Origin: Tubiluchus corallicola
Taxonomy: Eukaryota > Animalia > Priapulida
Direction: 5' to 3'
NCBI GenBank assembly: GCA_030141605.1
Contig: JAQGDQ010000228.1
Span: forward strand, 248,001-312,000
Length of the DNA stretch: 64,000 nt
Both the position numbers and the translations under genes were made by a program. Of this stretch, positions 28,034-41,050 are shown piece after piece. How positions within the stretch are numbered: the first letter of the stretch is position 1; each line of letters opens with the position of its first letter. Under the pieces are notes generated by a model, which searched no databases, was not told where the DNA came from, and saw only the letters and a list, made by a program, of their open reading frames with translations.

Positions 28034-28303
28034 CAATAATTCAGTAATGATTTTGGTGTCTAAATATAGGTTTTCAAGGTCAAGGAATCCATATTTCATG
28101 CCCTAATGCCCCTATAATCCACGTCACTTCAACATGGCTGCTAAGATGGCTGCAAATGTTGCACAAAATGGCGGAATTGCTCATTTTGTCTTAAAAACAT
28201 AAAAATTTGCACCATGTTGAAACCTGATTAACTTTGGATATGGGTTATCAATGAGTTACGGGAGCCAATCGAAAATTATCCAAAAAGGCCACAGCATTCA
28301 AGA

Positions 28304-29000
28304 TGAGTGAGTGAGCGAGTGAGTGAGTGAGTGAGTGAGTGAGCAAGTGAGTGAGTGAGTGAGTGAGTGAGTGAGCGAGTGAGTGAGTGAGTGAGTGAGC
28401 GAGTGAGTGAGTGTGAGAGCGAGTGAGTGAGTGAGTGAGTGAGAGAGTGAGTGAGCGAGTGAGTGAGTGAGCGAGTGAGTGAGTGAGAGAGTGAGTGAGT
28501 GAGTGAGTGAGTGAGTGAGTGAGCGAGTGAGTGAGTGAGTGAGTGAGTGAGTGAGTGAGCGAGTTAGCGAGTGAGTGAGCGAGTGAGTGAGTGAGTGAGT
28601 GAGAGAGTGAGTGAGCGAGGGAGCGAGTGAGAGAGTGAGTGAGTGAACGAGTGAGTGAGTGAGTGAGAGAGAGAGAGAGAGTGAGTGAGTGAGTGAGTGA
28701 GTGAGTGAGCGAGTGAGTGAGTGAGTGAGTGAGTGAGTGAGTGAGTGAGTGAGTGAGTGAGTGAGAGAGTGAGTGAGTGAGTGAGCGAGTGAGCGAGTGA
28801 GTGAGTGAGTGCGTGAGTAAGCGAGTGAGTAAGCAGGTAAGTAAGTAAGTAAGGAAAGAAGCAAGCAAACAAGCAAACAGGCAAAGGTAGGAAGCAAGTA
28901 GGTAAATAAGCAAGCAAGCAAGCAGATTATTTAGTAAAGGAGTAAGAACGTAAAACATTAATTAATAAAGCAGTAACAAAATAAGTAAATAAATAAGCAA
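28304..29000. repeat. Long (GAGT)n microsatellite grading into (AAGT)/(GCAA)
   Basis: Directly visible. It is the source of the THSL-repeat ORFs. Confidence 0.97.
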
Positions 29001-31302
29001 ACAAATGACGAGGCAAAAGACCTAAAGGAAATAGCTGAGTGCCGAATTAGTGTCTGATCTCACAAAATTATTCTTAAAAACGTGCCGAGTTCCAGTCCTG
29101 TCACAACCAACTTGCCATCAACAAAATGTAGGAGTGCTTGCCCCGCTTTGAAGAGCGCTGAACTGTATAAAGCAAATAAATAAAACATTTCTTCAAAGTT
29201 TGAGCAAAATGGCAGCTTCTTCATTTTCTCGCCCACTTCATACCACGCAAAGCTTATTTTAATATTGAGCAAAGTGTTGGGCACTGGATAGATCAAGTTT
29301 TTGTATGCGACTGTATCTATTATAATTATAAATCGTAATTATATTGCCTAGATAATAATTGTGCCGATTCAATAACACGTTTAAATTTATGTATTACAGG
29401 CGAAATAAAAAACTATGCTCTATAAATGATTATAGCAAAACAGGTCTTAACACGAAAAGTATTAGACAGTTAGTTTCCGTGCTTTATATATTTGATCAAG
29501 TAAAGAGTGCACCGTGCTAATAAACGATCTGCAACAGCTGTCCACCATCCGATAAATATACGTGCTTGAAATTTAAACTGTAAACTCGGCAGCGTTCTAT
29601 TTTAAAAATCACAGAAACTTTGTTTTTAAACTGCATGTGCTCTGACACGGGTGGAGGAAGAGCAGACTGATTTGAATCTAGAAACAATTGAATGCAACCC
29701 TATGCAACCCTGATACCCTGACTGATTCAACCAAGGATCAAATTGCCCAAAATCTAATAATTATTATAATATATTCTTGTCATACGCTGATACTGCTGTT
29801 GTAGCATAGACAAACATATAATTGCGTCAGTGTCACAGCGCCTTTTGGAATGTGTGACGGGGCCTTTTTTGTGTGCTTGCTCCCCTAAGTTTAAAACCTG
29901 GCTACACCTCTGAGGTGTGTTATAAGGCAAAATGAACTACAAACCAATCACGCATCGCGGTAAAAGTTGTCGCCAAATTAATCATGGACACGTAAAAATA
30001 GTCAACTGTAGAAACTCACTTAACAGGTACAAAGAATAATTTTCTTTTGAAACGAAATGTTGTTGCATATCTTTATACATCACTTAATTTAGATAAGATT
30101 GCTTTAATCACCTTGCTTGTATCCACTTTCCTTTGCTAATCACGTAATGATATTATTTTGAGAAGATTTCATACATTGTGTAGGCGGTCTACATTTTAAT
30201 AACATTTCACTCAGGCCTAAAGGTTTTATTGCTAACCTGGGATTTGTAGGCCTACAAGCACAATTCGCAATTCATGGCAATTTTTTTCAGAAATTCAACC
30301 TATGCTAAAATAAAATATTAATAGACTGTGAGTGAATGAGAAAGGAAGAACATGGTCATATACCTATATAGGTACAATGACGAGCACATAATATATATGT
30401 ATTAATCCATATAGGCCATCAAATAATAAATATGCCTATATAAACATGATTTATGTTGATGCCAGTAAGGAGAATGCACAAAAACAATAAAATGTCAGCC
30501 CATAATAAATCAATCGAACAGTTTTTACTTATGGCAAATAAAATCTGCTCGAATTGTCTCATTTATTCCAAATGTAGGGAAAATAAAAAATCAATCATAA
30601 GTTATAAGGTACCAAAATGGCGGATACAGGTTTTGGGAAAACGGTGGCCCCAGCAAAAAAACAGTTAGGGTGTCTGGGGGGGGGCAGCAATTCAGTTTTT
30701 GCGCCTTTTTGCATTTTAGATGAGTTTTGTACCTGCTAAAAGCTATTTAATTAAAGCAAGTTTAAATCAGGTGACACCTCATACTTTTGACCCATAATTG
30801 CATGCCAATGTATTACTGTAGTATAACCGTACAGAATTTTCGCGTATTTTGAAAGGTAGAACCCTTGTGATATATGACTTTTACAGGTATTAGTCCATTT
30901 TTAACTGTAAATTTTAAACCACTGCTAATGTGGCTAATAAATGGTTCTAATGCTTATAATGCAAAGAAAATTTTCTTTTGGTGTGTCGTAACTGTTACTG
31001 TGAAATGAGAGGCCGCTTGGGCCACTCCTTAACTGTAGTAAGGACCAGGCATAGAATGGTTCGAATAAAGAGGTAGCTTGCAAAATAACAGCTAACAGAT
31101 TACATTTTTACGTCTTTCATATTCACTTAAATAAAGTAGCAACTTACTACAGATGGCGATGAAAACAAACAAAACGCTGTAATTAAATTTTAAAAGAAAG
31201 CGCTGACCGAAATACAAAAGAATCGTAAATGGAATTGAACTAGGATCATTTTAATTACTGCAAGATTAATGCAGATCTGAATAGTTAAGTGCATGTTGTC
31301 TA

Positions 31303-31440
31303 ATCTGGCATTTACCAGACATCCGGAATGGATAAAAATCAGTTATTTTTTCTGCAGGTATTTCTTATTGATTTTTTATACGCAGCTATTCCGCAGGTGG
31401 ATAACGCATGGCGCCTTCCGGATGTCTTGTAAATGCCGCT
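31303..31440. mobile_element. About 140-bp MITE, PIF/Harbinger (Tourist)-like
   Basis: GGCATTTACCAGACATCCGGAA at 31307 and its near-perfect inverse TTCCGGATGTCTTGTAAATGCC ending at 31437, with TAA-like flanks. Confidence 0.75.
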
Positions 31441-33221
31441 TAACACATACAAGCATTAAGTAGATGGTCTGATTTAATGATATAGTCACCGCTAGCTTTT
31501 ATTTGATGTCTTGTTCTGTATATTTTTGCATATATTTGTGTTTATCAATAGTGCATTCCACGTAGTGTTTCTTAGTTTTTATCGTAACTTTTTATATAGC
31601 TCTTTTATGTGCTGAAATAAACGTTAAATAAATAAATAATTCGAATTAGTGTAATTAGTAATGCATGAACGATGCACATAGTGTTGTATTTATCCAGTCC
31701 ATTTAACCATAGTAATAGCCATACTATGTACATAATAGTAAAAGTCAGCTTGTAAGAAGTTTTTAAAACAGAAAATAATGGATGGCAAACTAACTAACTA
31801 ACTATTTATTGCTAGCTACCTACTTAATTAGCAAGTATTAGCTACTAATTAATTGCTAATGACACTTTGTTGTAGGATTGTTGTCGTATAAGACAAATAA
31901 CTAAAACAAATTTAAAAATAACAAATAAAAAAATAACTTGCACCCCATACTTTTGAAAATTCTTCAGTCACCCTGGTGGACTTTTTGAAAGGGCTTCGTG
32001 TAATCTACTTCATTCACTTTTCAAGAATCTACAGATGTTTGTCTATAAACCTAAGGGTCTTTGGTTCAAATCCAGATTAACCTCTAATCTTTCGGCATTA
32101 AATTTCTGTTTTCTTTTAGCTAGTTTCGTTTTAAAAATACTGTGTATATTAGTCTAGTATTAACTGATAATTTTGAAGCTAAGTGATAAATTTAATTAAC
32201 TAAATTGTATTAAGTAATCAACTAATAAATCAGTTAACTGTTAGCTCGCTAAAACATGGCAGAAACAAAACAAAATTGCCAATACATGAAATTCAATTCA
32301 ATCATAAAGGATTCTGAACCAATAATGGCAATAACAGTGCTTTCAGATAAGCACGTTCTAACCAACCAGTGATCTTAAGTCAAACATTCGGTAGCGGCTG
32401 ACATCAATTTAAATTTAAGAATTTAAAAATAGAATTTTACCACCAGTGGAAAGAGTTCGTTTTAACAAGGTCAGAAAGATTCTATATCTCAGCAGATGCG
32501 TTCATGCAGACTGTTCGTAAACTGCACAACGTGACCTAAAGCTGTGAGGCTGTGCATACAGTCTAGACAGCATTGACTGCACTAATATATATACCCTGTA
32601 ATTCAGCCGCTTTATAATTTTTTAAACCTACGTCATCAAACAACTGAAATTTAAGTTTCAAATAATAACGATATGTGAACGTGCGCGCTGTACCATTAAC
32701 CCTCCAGCACCGTAGCTTTTATTTAGTTATAGTATTTAGTCTGATTGTCTGTGCATAAAATTTAATGTGCTAAAGTATATAAATATTTACTTCACCCAGA
32801 GTCAGACTGTTTCAGTTTTTCAGACTTTTCGCACTTAAGGTAGTTTCGCACCTATGGTTATAAGTAGTAGGATCCGTACTTGTCTGTTTAATGATATTAT
32901 GCAGTCATGCAGCCAGATTTTTTTGCAAAAGTCTTTTCAACAATTCGAGATTTGTAAAAACTTTTAAAGATATACTTATTATTTGCAAAGGAAGTTATGC
33001 TCATAAAAACACTCATTCGAAAATCGTTTTCGTTTGTTTAACGTATTAAGCCGGTAATGCATACTGACTAAGACAGAAAGACAGGTTTCAGGCTATTAGA
33101 CATATAATCGGAATCACCATCCCAGACTTTTTTAATATTTCTGTACACTGCAAGTCGGAATCCCGACTCGGCCGCAGACAACTCAATATTGATGTTTGTG
33201 ACAAGACCGAAAGCCAAGAGC

Positions 33222-33262
33222 AGGTTAACCATTAGGCTAATCAGGCCACAGTCTTAGGCCCT
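33222..33262. mobile_element. Terminal fragment related to the hAT-like MITE at 14821-15247
   Basis: TTAACCATTAGGCTAATCAGGC matches the reverse complement of GCCTAATTAGCCTATTGGTTAA near 15216-15237. Confidence 0.45.
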
Positions 33263-33793
33263 AAATTTTGATAGGCTCTCGGTGTTATGAACTATTTTTA
33301 ATAGCATAAGAAAAAGGTTAAAACTGCACTTGTTACAAATATATATTGCAAACTCTTAGTAGTTTTCACCCACGCCCCTACATTGTAATGGTTGTGTCCA
33401 TCATCTTCTTCAATGAAGTAAATAGTAAGAATATAGATAGCTTGGCTGGGAGCGCAAGGCAAGTTTCAGGCGGGATGACCATTGCGGATTTTCTGAGACC
33501 GAGAGGCAAGTTTCGATGACTTACACCTAAAACAACATAATCTCTATGTCAACCTGACTAGCAAAATCAATACTAATATAGTTCTTACTATAAAGCGAAA
33601 TCAAAGAGTACCTCTAAAGCACTAGGGCCTTCCCAAACTGCGTGAGAATGAGGTTGTGTGTGATACTGCAACACTTCACTTGATTCACCATAAATATTAG
33701 CTCTTGGATCCATTTTAGGCTCCAGAAACGCTGAAAAAGATTGGTAAGTTTATGTAGCATAATTAATTTCGGAAGGAATTTACAATTCAAATA

Positions 33794-33850
33794 CCCTATC
33801 CCAACCCTAACTCCAACTCCAACCCCAACCCTAACTCTAATCCCAATCCG
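33794..33850. repeat. Degenerate (CCCTAA)-like hexamer array
   Basis: ccctat cccaac cctaac tccaac tccaac cccaac cctaac tctaat cccaat. Confidence 0.7.
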
Positions 33851-36800
33851 CTGCATGAACTAATTTCTTGTGTGTGGGGAATTGTGAACTTTAGCCTTAA
33901 TTTTGATATATATTTTTTTACTAAAAGCAATTTTTGGTGCTAGAATACACAATAATTATAAAAATACGCACGATGTGAGAGCATGATCAGCTGCAATTGT
34001 TCATGACTGTAAAAAATGTGTGTAAAAGAGCCGTAACATTTGATATTATTGACGTTAATATCATTACTGCAGTAAGGTTATTGTCCTGAGTTATTGTATT
34101 GTATTGTATTGCAGCGAGGAATTTAAAGATCTTAAAGAGTCAAAAAGATCAAGGTCATTTCTACAAAGGCGTAGTTTTGTCATCTGTCTTCAAATTTACA
34201 AGTTGTTGATGACGATAAAGTCGCCATAAAGTGGACTCCTCCTTGCGGTATGCCGGAGTGTGTAAAAACAAATTACATTTGTTAGATATTTTTTAAAATG
34301 GGTCAAAATCATTTCATTCAAACATAGGTTATTAATGAAATGAAATGAAAAAACGGAAATGTGTGTTATCAAAGCAACCACCGGTAACTTGTTTCATTTA
34401 TTTATAAAATTATATTGAGGAAAGAAAAATAAAGGTAAATTTTGCAGAAAATATACACAGTTTCCAAAAATAATTTACAGAACTGTGTGTAAACTACTGA
34501 TAAGATGCTGAGCGCTTCAATGTCAATTAATGTACATAGAGATCTATCACTGCTGTCCAACGTGAAAGATCTATGATTTTGTCACATTTTTACTGAAACT
34601 TTTGTTACTTTGTATAACTAACAAGATGCACTTTTAGGTATTAATTAATCTTTTCTTTTTTCTTCTTTTGTTTCAGAACAATTTTTGTTTTTTCATTTCT
34701 TAGTCTTGTGGCTTAAATACAAAGATCGTATTATGATATTGTCTTACAAGATGTTTCTTAACGAGCTTTAAGACGTTATTATGATTTCACTTCGGTAAAA
34801 GTCGAATGATGTTTATTAACTGCTCGGTAAAAATCACTAATTTCAGAATAAGTTTATAATTTTACAAATTTTTCTTTGACAAAGTTTGAAGACATTTAAT
34901 GTTTTTATTTAATAACTATACATAGGTGTACACTTTCATATAGAAACATTACACTTAATGTAGTTGTTATGGTTTATTGTTCATCACATTTTATTCCATT
35001 TAATAGGTCAAAATATTAACATCATATGAAATTTTAAAGCACAGCCATACGCTAACTGAAAAATTCATATTTAAAGTTCAATGATTAGATATGAATTAGA
35101 ACCCAGAAATTTTTGTCCAACTTGAACATTTTTTAACATGAAAATTAACACAAAGAGATGAATTTTCTTTAACTTAACTAGTAGCGTTTTGATTTAATTA
35201 CAAATCATTATCACGTAGGCGAAGAAAATCTAAACAAGCTAAATCATCTGTTACTAGCCGTAAAAGTTTATTTCTTTTATGATGGCTTATAATGATGCGA
35301 AACGTTAGTGAACTTACAAAGTTTTTAATTCCTATTTCTTGTGATAATTTTCGCAACGATTAGGACTTCGCAACGACAATGTTTTGATTTCCTAGTATTT
35401 TATTTTCGGTTTCAAAATTTCTTATTTTTTTAAACCTATCTCTCCGTTGCTATCTTTTACTGTAGACTTTTTCCAAAGAAAACACAAGACACTGAAACGA
35501 TTATTATTTCTATAAATAAATATTGCTGATTGACCATTTGCACTTTTTGCAAGGCCACTCTTACTCTATTACTGATTAAAATACAATCATGTCTCATTTG
35601 CACATAATAGCTAGTTTATAAAATTGCGTAGGCCTGCTTCCATGCCTAACGCTACAATAATGTGTTTGGCGTGTGTCTTGTGAGAAACAATTTATTTAAA
35701 CTGCCAAAATTTCTGCCACGCTATCATAAATAGTTAGTAATTCAATGGTTTTTGACAAAGTTTAGTTATTGCTATATCTATATGATAAGTGATTCAATGA
35801 GGTTCCAATTGGCACAAAAAATGAAAAAAGTTTAATTCGTTTGCAGTTTTACCTATAACGGCTGAAAAACTGTTCAAATATTAGCTTAAACACATCATTG
35901 TTTTAGTTATGTTTGTACACCTTAGGAACCGTCAAATAAGCACCCGATTACGAAGCTACCAACTGACGTGTTGCCTTACCTATTCTGATGAAGATCAGAA
36001 CAAATCCATGAGAAACTGATTGATTAAAACTATCACGCACGCTGTAGTTTTTGCAAATACCTTAACATAAAACCCGTAGCGTCTTTTCTTGCCTTTTTAA
36101 AAGCGACAACTGAGCACTAGCATAGTTAATAATTTAGGCCTATGTGATATAGAGGCCTAATAATAAGAAAAACCCGTATTTTAATTTGCAGACTGTATGA
36201 ACTCAATGTTTTCAAACTTTCGTCAAATGCCCTGGTGTCTGGTTGCCTCCAAAACAACCAAAATCACATGCCTTCTTACTGTTCTAAATTATTTCTGTAT
36301 AGTGTATTCGGTTGCTAACTTGCACATTTACAGTCATGCTTTTCGTAAACTATACGCGCATCCGCTTTAATTCTGTTGCAACTTATTGACGAGCGATGAC
36401 GCCACCGTACACAACACTGTTAAACAATATGACAGTGTGGCTACCAATGTCTTACGCACTGCCCGTTCAGTTTGTGCGTCGTTCAATTATTTATATACGA
36501 CACTTTTTATTTTTCTAGAGCATCAGTTGCATTTTTTGAGTTAGGCGAAGTAAATTACATGTATTTTGATTAAATGGACCATAATTTTTTATTACAGTTA
36601 TGCGAAATTTTGTACAAAAGAACGCAACGTTAGCCTTATTATAGAACGCTCGCACAAAATAAGAAAAATGGATACATCGGTTCCAAGGGAACAGATTTGA
36701 AACTAAATTCAAGACACGAACAGTTTATATAAGCTGCATAAGCAAAAACAGAGTGAGTAATTTTGACCAGGACAATTTCGGTTCTCCAACATCTAAAACG

Positions 36801-37518
36801 AATGAAATTTATTAGTACAGAGAAATCAAACAGTAGTTATATATTCAAGTATATCGTACAGTTCTACGTTACTTAAAAAACTGAAGTTGTTATTTTCATG
36901 GGCTTCTAAAATATCTAAGAAATATTGTGTATCCATTTTATTATCATCAAGATTATATTCGCTTTTACCGATATCTTTTAAAATCTCTTGAAATTCGAAT
37001 TATCAAATGTAGAGTAATTTTACAAGTTTTTAACAAACTGCAAATTAAATTCTAGAATGGAACAAATACTGTAATGCGATTGCCTCTTCATAGGTCACGA
37101 ACTTTTACAGGGATGTGGTCACGTTTACATTAAACTTTCCTTTTTTCTTCATAAAAGTTTGATTCTGGTTCTCTTACTTAAAATCAAACTAAACCCTCAC
37201 TATAGTCTAATATAAGCTTCTACAACCAAATATCCTACTCTCATTACGAATACTCAATTTATTTTATTATAAACTTACTGTAAAACCGGTTTCTTTTGAT
37301 TTTTTATCACTTCGATATTAAATTTGAAGAACCGACATTTTTCGTAGCGCGAGACGAATGACGTTATGAGTGCAATCACGAGGTCACCAAAATCAGTTAA
37401 CAAACATCGGTGACGAAAGACTCTTTCTGTACTACCGTTTGAACTAGGTAAACTAGCGCTAAAGTAGTTCATTTATAAATGGGATACTCAGCAACTTCCA
37501 AGTTGAAAATAGCCATTA

Positions 37519-38075
<557 letters not shown>

Positions 38076-39276
38076 TGTCTTCCTTACGTTATACAATGAC
38101 TGCTACAGTAGCAACCAGCGCTACAGAAGATTGGAAGCAAGTCCCTACTTGAACACTCTTTCTCTGCTCCCCCGTCCATTATGCAACCGCTAAATAACAA
38201 CAGTAGTTACAAATCTTTTTAAGTATTAAACACGTAAAGGTAACGGTAGCATGTTTCGAAGTTTGATGCGATAGACGATAGAGGGCGTTGTTTAAACTTT
38301 TGTTGTGCTAAGGAGTAATAACGACAAATTAATTAACCTCGACACATGATTTTATTTTCTTGTGACTACAAAATTCCTGGTTTAAATTCCAGCATACAAA
38401 TTCTTTTATTCTTTTTTAGCTTATGGCTACATACTTTATTATAGATCTATTAATACATCTATTTATAGATCTTGAGCTCATATCAACGAAATGTAATAAT
38501 TACGACGACACTGTAACTTAAACAATTTCATTGATATTTAATGTGAGACACTTAGAAAAATCCGTGTTAACTTTTGTAGACAATTTATAAAGTGCCAAAT
38601 TAATTTATCGTAATTAGACATTTTGCTGTAGCCTCAATAGTCATTATTGCGTCGCCTGTACCTAGAACTAAATGCTGCGCGTTAGTTTTGATAAATGTTC
38701 AAACTGACTTTTTTCGTCTTTTCACATTTATTTTCTGAAATTCAATAATTTTCGGTATAGGTATAATTTAACTCTTAAAAGATACAAACTCTTAGAAGAT
38801 AAAAAATTCGCGCATTTCGAACACTAAGTGTGCAGTTGCCAGCAGTTTTTCATGAAGAAAACGAGGTACACAAACGATTCACAATTTTATTGCTTTCAAA
38901 AAGTTGATCAACAGTCAACTTCAACATTTACGTTAAATAAATAAGCTGTTTTTTCCAAGCGTGATAACGGCTCGCTAAAGCTAAGATAAAAATACTCATT
39001 AAAACATTTCAAAATACGTTAAGTTTGGATTTGAAATAAGATTTGGAAATACTTGTTGTTGGTCAACTGCAAATTTGATAGTTGTAAAAGTGAATTTTCT
39101 TTTCTATGATTAAATTGAAAGAAATAATAATTTTGTAAAATTTTAACATTTAAAGCAGTGTTGAAGATTATAGGACATAGATGGTCATTATGGATCTGTT
39201 ACTTTAATCATCTAACAAAAAACATATTTCTTAGAAATCATTAGTTGTTTCTAACCAGTTAGTTCGACGCACCAAC

Positions 39277-41050
39277 GGGGTTTTTGACAAGTCTTCTTGT
39301 GGTGCCTTACGCTTGCAGAAAACGTTCAGAATTGAAAGAGGGGACAGAAATTTGTCTTGCTGTCGTTTGACATTCCAGTTTAAATTAAGTTAACTGTGGT
39401 AACGTTATTAATACTTGTATAATTATACATCTAAAATCGAATATTTTTCAAGGATGTAGTTTTCGCACAATTTTTGTCATTTGCTGTGCCCTACATTGCA
39501 CGTATGTACAGCCTGAAAGCTTAAATAATTAATTTTCGTTTTGAGTTATTATGTTTAGCGATAGTAAATAAACGGCTTTAGAAGTCGCTTTTTGCCTAAT
39601 ATTTGTTTGGGCCTACAGTGGCAGCTTTCACTGAAACAGGCTTTGAACAAACTAGCATGCATATTGCCTAGCACAACTAGTTTTTTGGTAATTTTTTTAC
39701 AATCGCGCCTTTTTCATCGAACGCTTCAGCTAACACAGCGAGCCTGTTTTTGCAGCGAAAAAAGTCGTTTTTAATAAAATCGGAAAGCAAGCAAAACAGG
39801 TAGCACTTACTTCTGTGAGTCGGCGAGGAAACGTCTGTTGAACAGATACATTTTCACACAAAAGTAGCAATACGTAACTTGTGTAGAACTTGTTGTGCAA
39901 AACTCAAAACGACGTAACGAGTGTTAATGAAATAACATTAAAAACATGACTACGGGTATGTCTTTGAAGAAAACGCAAACGCTGCATCATATTTGTTCAA
40001 GTTTGCTCAGGTGAGATAGCTAAAGATGATTGACAGGTGTCAATAAGAAAGTCTTACGCTGCTTGACATTTCGTTTCACTGTTGTGTCCACTCAGCGCAC
40101 GTTTGTACAAAAATGAATTTTTTAGTTTTGAATTTGCGCGCTTGTTGTTTGTTATTTTTTCATGGACGGCCTACGTTACGACAACTTTTTTAAATTCATT
40201 TATAGTGAACTGGTAAGATATTCTTCTTTCAGTCTTTTTAGTAGTCACTTTTGTAGCAGATTAAAAATTGAAATGAAATAAACCCTTTTTAATGAAATAA
40301 TTTATTCGAATAATTTATACAATTTATTTACTATATAACTTATTGCCAATAATCCGAAGAGTACTGCACGCTTCTTACAACCCTGTTGCCTTAGTTGTTA
40401 AAGTTATAGACGCGCTTGTGCCATTTTTTGCATCCGCGTGTTTAGTATTTGAAATGCATTAATTGAGTCAGTTGTTAAATTTCTGTGTACATGTGTTGTA
40501 ACATTTTGTTTACAAGTGATTTAAAAGTAACCTGATTGTTTACACGCTTACATTCCTGTTTAGTTCTTTATCGGTGCTGAATTTTTCAGCTTGAAATAAG
40601 CAAATAAAATAATAAATAAGTGCAATATAATAAATAAGTGCGTAAAGTAAAGGTTTAAAATAAATGTCAAGTGCATTAGTCCACATATTAAATCAATTTT
40701 AAGTTTAATATTTTTAAATATTTTCAGATTAGGCACTTGGTTGTAACTCATTCTATAAAACCACACAGAAATCATTTGTAGGCAAAAAATGCAGAAAAAA
40801 GATTGTTATTATATTATGCTGTACTACTATAAATTACAGAAAGCGTGTCTTAACAACGTTAGTGTGACATTAGTGTTTTTTCACTATAAGTTTTCATATT
40901 AAAATATGAATTACGAATTAGTATATATAAAAATTACGTTAAAATTTCATTCGATGCATCGACAGGGTTTTTGAGTACAATATTCAAGTCTTTCAGTAGT
41001 GCCTTACACTTGGCGAAAACGTTCAAAACCGAAACACGGGACAGAATTTG
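39277..41050. repeat. Pair of diverged 80-90-bp direct repeats (39277-39355 and 40964-41050)
   Basis: GGGTTTTTGA..CAAGTCTT..GTGCCTTAC.CTTG..GAAAACGTTCA..GGGACAGAA in both copies. Confidence 0.7.

Noticed and set aside
28248-28958. THSL-repeat ORFs (also the LPTY, ER/SL and poly-Tyr ORFs at 24.4, 37.8 and 48.7 kb)
   Set aside because: Stop-free microsatellite frames, not genes.
33794-33850. Interstitial telomere
   Set aside because: Short and heavily degenerate; such arrays are common inside non-autonomous elements.
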